A DNA stretch of 58,809 bases, counting the filler, from Squatina squatina (Eukaryota): NCBI GenBank assembly GCA_031763465.1. It is 2 parts of 2 records of this genome, joined end to end, with 100 filler letters (N's around TTAATTAATTAA, not from the genome) between each part and the next. Parts side by side here need not be neighbours in the genome. Positions count along the whole stretch, not along the records: positions 28,707 to 58,809 come from JARFOE010000016.1; 1 more part is not named here. The stretch is one strand, 5' to 3'. Positions 50,263 through 58,809 of this stretch are shown here, piece after piece (within the stretch, counting starts at the first letter, position 1; each line of letters opens with the position of its first letter). Below the pieces are notes generated by a model, which saw nothing but the letters and a program-made list of their open reading frames with translations, was not told the origin of the DNA and did not search any database. The position numbers were made by a program, and so were the translations under genes.

Positions 50263-50734
50263 AAAGAAAAGGAAGGCTTGCTTTTATATAGCTCCTTTCA
50301 GACCACCAGATGTCCCAAAGTGCTTTTACAGCCAATGAAGCACTTTTGGAGTGTAGTCACTGTTGTAATGTAGGAAACGTGACAGCCATTTTGCGCATAG
50401 CAAGCTCCCACAAACAGCAATGTGATAATGACCAGATCATCTGTTTTAATGATGTTGATTGAGGGACCAATATTGGCCAGCGCACCCGGGATAACTCCCC
50501 TGTTCTTCTTCAAAATAGTGGCTATGGGATCTTTTTTGTCCGCCCGAGAGGGCATATGGGGCTTTGGTTTAGCGTCTCATCCCAAAGATGGAACCTCTGA
50601 TAGTGCAGCGATCCCTCAGTACTGCACTGAGAGTGTCAGCCTAGATTCTTGTGTACAAATCTCTGAAGTAGGATTTGACCCCACAACCTTCTGATGCAGA
50701 GGGCAGAGTGCCACCAACTGAGCCATGACTGACA
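50263..50734 (-). mobile_element. Full-length SacSINE1-like DeuSINE
   Basis: Tail, Deu-like core (atagtggctatgggatctttt...tttagcgtctcatcccaaaga) and tRNA head (tttgaccccacaaccttctga...ccaactgagccatgactgaca) all present. Confidence 0.9.
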
Positions 50735-51265
50735 TATAGTGCCTGCCCCGCTGTTGCAAAGTGTTTATGTGTGGCCATGGGACTCACCTGCGATGCTCTG
50801 CCACTGAACTTCATTGTCTAGGCCCACACATGAAGATTGGCTACTTGGGTGAGGAACTGAAGGACTGGCAGTACCCATGGAACCAAAATCCAACAGGAGA
50901 CATTGTCTTCATGAGAGGAGAGAAACATTCAGGAAAAATAAAATAAAAACAACCACGCTTTTCATTTATTTCCACTCCTTAGAATACCTGATCCAAGCAC
51001 AATACTTAAATGCATTATTCTGATCCTTCTATAAAATATATATTCAATTATTCATGCTTTCTCTGTTCAGCACTCTGAATATTCTTAATCCAGGCTAATT
51101 TCTGCCTAAGGACGCTAGAATATGTCAAAAGTCTAATATTTTACACATTACTATCTTATAATATATACATGATGCTGAATTCTTATGCAGTTCTTCATTA
51201 AAATAATGTAATATTTGAATTCCAGAGTCACCAAATTGATATTCCTCAAGGTCCTATTCCAAGCA

Positions 51266-51407
51266 AAATCCTGCAAATCAATTGGCAGGACAACGCACCA
51301 TTGGCAGCGTCCTCACTCAGGCCAACATCCCCAGCATCAAAGCACTGGTCACGCTCACCCAACTGCAATGGACCGGTCAGGTCGTCCGCGTGCCTGATTC
51401 AAGACTC
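51266..51407 (+). mobile_element. RTE-clade LINE C-terminal fragment
   Basis: KILQINWQD/RTIGSVLTQANIPSIKALVTLTQLQWTGQVVRVPDSRL matches the RTE pattern IL.I.W.D..TN..VL....LRWAGHV.RM.D.RLP. Confidence 0.8.
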
Positions 51408-51689
51408 NNNNNNNNNNNNNNNNNNNNNNNNNNNNNNNNNNNNNNNNNNNNNNNNNNNNNNNNNNNNNNNNNNNNNNNNNNNNNNNNNNNNNNNNNNNNN
51501 NNNNNNNAGGTTTGTATTGTCCCAGTTTATTTATTTTTCTGAGTTACAGCGCCAGCTGATCCTGATATTTAATTCAAACGGACACTCTTGCTCTCGAGGT
51601 CTGGTGAAGGATGGATGTTCTCCTGGGCGCGCTCTTGTCATGTTAAGGTAAGATCAAGCTCCTGGAAACATAATGTAAGAAAGAAATCC

Positions 51690-52400
51690 GTGTACACAAT
51701 GTGAGCCGATGCAACAGGCCGTCCCAGCACTGATCAGAGAGAAGCGCCGGCGCACGCTGACACCCTCGCTCTGTCTGAGCACAGACCTTGCACCGCTCTC
51801 ACACGTCGTGCCTTCCCGATGTCCAGGCGTTCAGCCTGGCACTCGGGGAATGGTCCGGACGCCCCGCGGACTGGGGAGCCCCAGGAAAAAAAGAGAAAAG
51901 GAGCGAATCAGTGAGTCAAGCGCCCGACCGAAGCGAGGCGAGCATTTCCCCCCCACACTCTCGCCGAACAGCGACCACAGCTGCGAGAGCGTTACATTTG
52001 TCACAGAGCAGGGGCAGAAGCCTCTCTGCTGTCCTCACCAATAAGGATGAAAGCTGAAAGGATTCCCGAGTGATTTGCCCGGGGCGAGCAAACATATCAA
52101 TCATTTTCCTTTTTGGTGGAAGAACAATTTATTATCCGTGCCGGAGATCTTAAATTCAATCTGTGCGGTGTTCGGAGTGTCTCGTTCAATGCGAGAAAAT
52201 GTCATCATTCTTCATCCCCGGAAATCAGTCGGCTTTTGTCGAAGATTTTATTAATGCGCAAATTTATTGTTTCAGTAATTAACACTGACAAGTCACAAGT
52301 CACACACACGATGGCTGCAGATGATAAATAGCTCACTATTATTACAAATTGCCATCCAATTTTGATTTCCCCAATGGTAACGACTCTGTTTCAGTCCGGT
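51690..52400. promoter_or_regulatory. CpG-rich non-repeat segment, candidate cis-regulatory element
   Basis: Many retained CpGs with no recognisable repeat or protein. AP-1 site TGAGTCA at 51912-51918, then an AT-rich taat-containing block. Confidence 0.3.
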
Positions 52401-52559
52401 ATTTGTCTGGATAATCTTAGGCAACATGCATGCACCACTTTCTGACTTTTAAACTTTATTTTGCCTTTGCCCAGCAAGACTTCGCTGCTGTACTTTGTTT
52501 AACCATTGCAATACCGCAATTTCATTGATTATTTACAACACCGCGCATTCTAACATTGA

Positions 52560-53150
52560 AAAAAGAAAGATTTACGTTTATGTTTCATGACCTCAGGATG
52601 TCCCAACACACTTCACAGCCAATGAAGTACTTTTGAAATGTAGTCACTGTCGTAATCTAGGAAACACGGCAGCAAATCTGCAAACAACAAGATCCCACAA
52701 ACAGCAATGTGATAAATGGCCAGTTTTTTTTTAGTGTTATTGATCAAGGGATGAACATTGTCCAAGACACCAGGGAGAACTCCCCTGCTCTTCTTTGAAT
52801 AGTGCCATGGGATTTTTTACGTATATTTGAAAGGACAGTCAGGGCCTTGATTTAACGTCTATCTGAAAGATGACACCTGCGACAGTGCAGCACTCCCTCA
52901 TTACTGCACAGGGAGTCTCAGCCTAAATTTTTTTNNNNNNNNNNNNNNNNNNNNNNNNNNNNNNNNNNNNNNNNNNNNNNNNNNNNNNNNNNNNNNNNNN
53001 NNNNNNNNNNNNNNNNNNNNNNNNNNNNNNNNNNCATTTTCTACATTACAACAGTGACTACATTCCAAAAAGTGCTTCATTAGCTGTAAAGCACTTTGGG
53101 ACATCCTGAGGTCATGAAACACGCTATATCAATGCAAGTCTTTCTTTTTC
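52560..53150. mobile_element. DeuSINE (-, 52560-52934) and DeuSINE tail (+, 53035-53150) flanking a gap
   Basis: Same motifs as 50263-50734. Confidence 0.85.
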
Positions 53151-53913
53151 TTCCGATGTGTTGAATACCTCCTTGAACCAAGACCACCAAAAAAACATGC
53201 AGATTCAACGGTCCTTCATCTCTTGGAATTTTTGCAGGATGTTGCTGTGTGCTAATTGGCTGCCACTTTTGCCTGTGCTATACTGCACCTCAAAGTAACT
53301 CACTGTGCATGACATGAGGTGCATGTTTGGTTGAAGGCATGGTCCCTTTAAGCTGAGACGATGCGGGATTGTGAATGTTGAATTTTACGGAGGGAGCTGT
53401 CAGCAAACTTGTAAGAGCGTCCCTGTTAACTGCATGATTTATATTTAAAGGGCATTCAGATCACTTACCACAGACAATAGCCTTCCACATGCTGCATTAT
53501 AAATTGTTTTTTGTGTCTTGATTTTCAAAGTGAGTTTAAGGATCGGAAATAATTAATACTGGATGAACACTTGGAATTACAATCATTAATATTGATGTGT
53601 GTGTTTTTAAAATATTTAATGTCAATGGGGATTGGCAAGTTCATGCCCAAGATTTAGTTTAATGAGCCGACTGGATTTTAAATAGTGAACATTTAGGTCT
53701 TTACGGTTGGCTGCTTAGAAATAGTTGATTTGTTGTCTCGTTATTTCCATGTCAGTTATATTTAATTCCTTCTTAAGGAGATAATCAAAATTAATATTAC
53801 ATTTTACATGCATTGGATGAAGCTATGCCAAAGGATAATTTCAGATTAATCTTGTTCAATTTTGTCTTGCGTCCTTGCAGCCACTGATTCATAGAGGGTG
53901 ATAGTTCCATGGG

Positions 53914-54076
53914 CAAAGTTCCCGCTAAGGTGCGCAGGCACACGGCCACGCAATTATGTGAAAGGTCCCACGTAGGCTGCTCACAGGCTTTTATGAGCAT
54001 GCTTAGAAATTTAAAGGGACCGTGCATGAAAAGAAAAAGACTGCACAGAACAAAGAGCAGTTTAAATGGATCATTA
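53914..54076. mobile_element. ~163-bp hAT-like MITE with decayed terminal inverted repeats
   Basis: Left end caaagttcccgctaaggtgc versus reverse complement of right end taatgatccatttaaactgc (12/20 identical). The 8-bp flanks tccatggg and atcatgta are only weakly similar. Confidence 0.5.
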
Positions 54077-54098
54077 ATCATGTAACATTCTTCATATC

Positions 54099-54300
54099 AA
54101 TATTGACACACTCCCAAAGACTCCTGCAAATATAGAAACAGTCCCGGACACCCGCTGCAGATATTGACACACTCCCAAAGACACCTGCAAATATAGAAAC
54201 AGTCCCAGAGACCCCCTGCAAACATTGACACACTCCCAGAGACTCCCGCAAATATTGACACACACCCAGAGACCCCTTGAAAATATTGACACATGCCCAG
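54099..54300. repeat. 30/31-bp minisatellite, about 6.5 units, truncated by a gap
   Basis: aatattgacacactcccaaagactcctgca alternating with aatatagaaacagtcccagagaccccctgca. Confidence 0.9.
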
Positions 54301-54400
54301 NNNNNNNNNNNNNNNNNNNNNNNNNNNNNNNNNNNNNNNNNNNNNNNNNNNNNNNNNNNNNNNNNNNNNNNNNNNNNNNNNNNNNNNNNNNNNNNNNNNN

Positions 54401-55028
54401 GAGGTTGAGTGGAGATCATTAGTGATTGTTGGCAGGTGAGTGATGAGTGTGTGGTGCTTTGAACAATGTGTGTGGCCTGTGGTGCAGATGGTGGGATAAT
54501 GCATTTGATGAGGGATTCACTCACCTTGACCACTTATGAGAGAACTTTAAATCTTTTGCGACACTGGATCCAGGTCCTGGGAGCAACCCTCATCACACTG
54601 ACAGCTTCAGCGATTTCCTCCCATAGCGTTCTGCTGCTCTGCCTTGAAGGCCCTTTGCCCTGCTGCGGGTAGAAGACCTGATGTCGTCTTTGAACCCCCA
54701 GGTCCTAGACCTCTCGTGCCATATCTGAAAATCTCCTCAGCCTTTCTCTTGGCCGTTGAGCCATGGCTTTCTCCACAATGACAATGGGGTGATTCTGCAA
54801 CAAAGCACCTCCCCTTTAAGTAGTGCAGAGATCCTGGGCCAAACTTTATTGGCCAGTAGGCTGCACCAATATTGACCCCCCTGCTCAGTGCTGAACCAAC
54901 CAGCAACACTGCAATCATTATAATAGCAGGAATTTTGTATGCTGCCTACATCACTTTGAATGGGTGCGGGCACATAGCGCTGGGCAATGCCCACACCCGT
55001 TTTCAGGCTAGTATCCAATTTCTGGGCC
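54401..55028 (-). mobile_element. Harbinger transposon end carrying the Myb/SANT exon
   Basis: Terminus aatttctgggcc (reverse complement ggcccagaaatt) about 260 nt upstream of the ATG. Confidence 0.7.
54525..54764 (-). pseudogene. Harbinger Myb/SANT-like DNA-binding protein, first exon with two in-frame stops
   Basis: ATG at 54764; 80 codons MAQRPRERLRRFSDMAREV*DLGVQRRHQVFYPQQGKGPSRQSSRTLWEEIAEAVSVMRVAPRTWIQCRKRFKVLS*VVK, then donor gtgagt. RFS..., W.EIA..V and RT..QC.K.F are trihelix motifs. Confidence 0.85.
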
Positions 55029-56061
55029 AAGGCATTTTCTCCTCTGTGTTGGCGCCATTGTATTTTTATCTTGCAGTACAGTAGTCTAGAGATTTACTAG
55101 AGGTCACGCACCATGTTATACAGAAATGGATTTGTGCGCAGTGTAAGATAAGAGCACAGTAAACAGATAGCAGAGCAAAGATGCATTCACTCGATAGGAC
55201 TAGCACAAATGATGGAGTTAATCGGAATGAATGTAATGGCTTCAGCTGGAAAATTGTTTCAGATTTCCAATTTCCATTCAGGTATTATTCATTCAATTAA
55301 GGGCAATTGGCTGCACTGGTATTCGCTGAGCTCCTAATAAATTACCAAGGAACAGTTACCTTCCTCACCGGCAGGGAAGGAGAGAGTTGCAAAGCTCCAT
55401 AGCATGGGGTTACCTGCAAATTGCTGTCAAATTCAGAGCGAGGGGTAATTTGTCATTTTAATGTTGGGCCTGATCAAGTAAAATATCAAATTCATGTCAG
55501 AATGTTCTTTTCCCTTTCTGGCGCAGCTCTTCGAGCTGACAAATGTCAATATTGCAGCTGTTGAAGAGCAGTTTTTAATCTGTGCACTCATCTTCTTTCG
55601 CTGGCATGAGGACAATCGGAGGAGCTCAAGCGGAAGGCAGTGATGCATCAAAGGTTGACCCTTGGAGGTCTGTTCCTCTTCTCAGACTGTAACTAAACTC
55701 GAAGCACGCTCATGCTTCACTCCTTTTCCTCTTCACATCGTGAGAACCTCACCACAAACTCATTCTTCATCCCTTTTGTGATGCCCGCTGGTAAATATCC
55801 CATTCCTCTGTAAGGCATTTCAATCCGGGGATAATTCCCAGACACGCTTGAGGAGAGTTCCAATTAAAATGCAATCTCCCACCACAGCAAATATCCTTTT
55901 AAATTCATCATTTCTTTTTCCCAGTTTAAATGTGGGCTGTCGAACTGTGTAAATCTTATTACTTGCCATGTTTAGCTGAGCGATGAATAATAAACTGAAA
56001 GGGAGGCACCTCTTCTGTGTTGGTTTGGGCCATTTCTTGGCTCTTCACCTATCTTTATTTC

Positions 56062-56142
56062 AAAGGGGTTGGAGTATAAGAGTAAGGAAGTCTTGCTACA
56101 ATTGTACAGGGCCTTGGTGAGACCACACCTGGAGTACTGTGN
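56062..56142 (+). mobile_element. CR1 fragment
   Basis: GLEYKSKEVLLQLYRALVRPHLEYC. Confidence 0.9.
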
Positions 56143-56244
56143 NNNNNNNNNNNNNNNNNNNNNNNNNNNNNNNNNNNNNNNNNNNNNNNNNNNNNNNNNN
56201 NNNNNNNNNNNNNNNNNNNNNNNNNNNNNNNNNNNNNNNNNTTG

Positions 56245-56830
56245 ACATTTTCAATTGACCCCCAGCCTCAACAGCTTTTTGGGGAGAGAGTTCCAGATTT
56301 TCTCTCCCCTTTGTGTGAGGAAGTGCTTCCTGACATCATCCCTGAACGGCCTGGCTATAATTTTAAGGTTACACCCTTTCATTCTGGACTCCCCTGACCA
56401 GAGGAAATCGTTTCTCTCTATCTACCCTATAAAATCCTTTAATCTTCTTAAACACCTCAAGTAGATCGCATTACAACAGTGACTACACTCGAAAAGTACT
56501 TCATTGGCTGTAAAGCGCCTTGAGACGTCCTGTGATCGTGAAAGGCGCTACATAACTGTAAGTCTTTCTTTTCTTTTTAGGTCACCCCTAATCTTCTAAA
56601 GTCAAGGGAATAGAAGTCTAGTCTATGCAACCTGTCATCATAATTTTGCCCTGGTATCAGTCTGATTAATCTGTGTCTCACCCCATCCAAGGCTAATATA
56701 TCCTACCTGAGGTGCAGTTTCCCAGAGCTGAACGTGGTACTCGAAATGGGATCTAACCATAGCTCTATGTACCTGTAACATAGCTTCCACCCCTTTTTAT
56801 TCCAGACCCTTTGAGATTAAAGACCAACGT
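56245..56830 (-). mobile_element. CR1 fragment interrupted by a DeuSINE tail (+, 56470-56575)
   Basis: CR1 antisense ...aaacacctcaagtagatc | cattacaacagtgactacac...gtctttcttttc | ggtcacccctaatcttctaaa... Confidence 0.8.
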
Positions 56831-57856
56831 GCTACTCAGCTTTATTTGTAGGTCAACTGGCTTTTAGTGACCGTTCTTTAGATGTGAGCATTGGAAAGAT
56901 AATCCACTGATTGTCAATGAATGCCAAACATCAGTTTTCTGACGTAAGTGCCTGTCACCATTGAAAGCTGGACTGAGACTCCTCAGCTCATTTTACACAG
57001 AACTCTTAGAGCGAGAAAACACAAGCCCATCAGTCCAGGCTCGACTTAATCCTGGGATCCACTGTTAAAAACGGGAGTGTCCAACACAGTTTACCAGCCA
57101 CTGGAAGATAGACACAGGAACAGACAAGATGGGCTGAATAGCCTCCATCTGTGCTGTAAATTTCTATGATTCTGTGATTCTAGAGGCTGTGTAGGGAGTC
57201 GGGGGTGGGGGCAGGGGGCTGAGGTGAAAAGGTGACATGTAATCAAAGAAAACCACTTCCATTTAATCTTCGAATAATGTTGAGACGTGTTTATTTACTG
57301 TCAGTAAACTGTGTCTACATCGAAATCTTTTTTTCCCCCTCCGCATGTTAATCTGCTGCATATAACAGAAATATATTGAATTTCAAGCCATCCATTTATT
57401 TTCCACATTCAGGTCAAGGTATAATTTATTCCTGTCAGATGGAGCAGGAGTTGAACAGTCACATTTGATAGTTTCTATGTCTTAAATGATGAAGACAAAT
57501 GGCTTTTCCTTGATTGAATGAGTACCAGCTGCCACCACTTGTGAGCTGTTTTCTCCTCACTTCTAACTCGGTGGGTGAGGGGAACTCGGAGCGGAGATGA
57601 ATTAGTTATAAACCAGGCGACCAGATGTTCTGAACATTGCTTCCGGCCAGTGACAGGCAGAGCTCAATAGCTTTGCGTCACGCTGATCAGCTGGTGCATC
57701 CCTGTGAGGACAGCCCGTTTGTGCTTCTCTGCGAGTAAGCTGTGTCCAGTGAGGTGACCGTTGTTATGCTCTGGTTCCTTGGCAATTGGATTATGGTTGC
57801 ACTCAAGCGAGTGGTCCAAAAACAGGTTACGGTGCCATTTGAAATGGGAACTTCAA

Positions 57857-58095
57857 GAAAGAAAGAAAGACTTGCATTTATCTCACGCCTTTCACAATCT
57901 CAGGACGTCCCAAACTGCTTTACAGCCAATGAAGTACTTTTTGACCTGTAGTCCCTGCTGCACTGTAGGAAATGCGGCAGCCAATTTGCGCACAGGAAGC
58001 TCCCACAAACAGCATTGCAATAATGACCAGATCATCTGTTTTAGTGATGCTGATTGAGGGATAAATATTGTCTGGGACACCTGGGAGAATTCCCC
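57857..58095 (-). mobile_element. DeuSINE 3' two-thirds
   Basis: agaaagaaagaaagacttgcattta...gagggataaatattg. Confidence 0.85.
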
Positions 58096-58809
58096 CGCTC
58101 TTCTTCAAAATAGTGTTCCTGCAATCAGCAAATGAGATGATTGACCAATTAATCTGCTTTTCGCTGGTATTGTTCAAGGGAGGAACATTGGCCCAGACAC
58201 TGGGAGAGCTCTCTGCTCTTCTCCCAACAATGTAATTTATATCTACTGGGATGGGCAGACTTAAAAAGAGATAGGTGAGATGGCGAGGAATTCTAGAAGT
58301 GTGGAAATAAAGCAGAATCTCCAGGCAGAGACATCGGGAGGATTTTGGAGATACAGAATATACTGTAGATTGTGTGAGCAAAATAAATCTTCAACAATTA
58401 ACCTATTCCACATTGACATTCATTGCATTTTTTATGATCCAGTTGCACTGGTCGAAAATAATCTCTTTAAAAGCCTACATTTCCATTCCAGCAAGAAAAA
58501 AATGATTAACAAAAAAGATTTCTGACACAGCTCTAAGGCTGATTTCCCTGATGGCAATCAGTTTAAAAAGCATCTTTTATGTCTTTAAAAAATGCAAAGT
58601 GTAAAACTGTATGCTGTACCAGCAAATTCCTGGGCTGGAGTTACGTCCCATTGAGCACTGAACTCCAGGCTATAATTATGCATTCATTACTAGAAAATGG
58701 TGTAGGCACCGGTGGTGGTACTCCATCTCGATACTGCTGACAAGAAAATAATCCTCTCCACGAGTTTGATAAAAAAAAGCCACTTATAAAAATTCAATAA
58801 ACATTTTAA

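Overview
This window is vertebrate nuclear DNA, not prokaryotic. The repeat families (HER1/CR1 LINE tails, L2 tails, SacSINE1-like DeuSINEs, GC-rich PIF/Harbinger remnants) point to a cartilaginous fish, most likely a shark. The scaffold is very gappy: about 50 placeholder gaps of 100 N or 10 N, one carrying an artificial TTAATTAATTAA six-frame-stop spacer. True distances and contig orientations are therefore uncertain. Two host coding exons are recognisable, both missed by the ORF track because their frames lack a start codon. One is a 171-nt thrombospondin TSP type-1 exon (13048-13218, +, probably THBS2). The other is the 3' end of the DACT2 last exon (26100-26438, -, ending KVMTMV*). The rest is intronic/intergenic DNA with decayed transposons, including both Harbinger genes (transposase and Myb/SANT partner), and four tandem arrays (24, ~49, 37 and ~30 bp units). 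The long ORFs in the track come from these arrays. I found no CRISPR array, RNA gene or intact novel multi-gene system. The best original observation is that the 2.2-kb 37-bp array appears to have been amplified from the subterminal region of a small hAT-like MITE, and an unexpanded relative of that MITE lies 5 kb away. All family names come from recalled consensus features, not database searches, and repeat boundaries are approximate.
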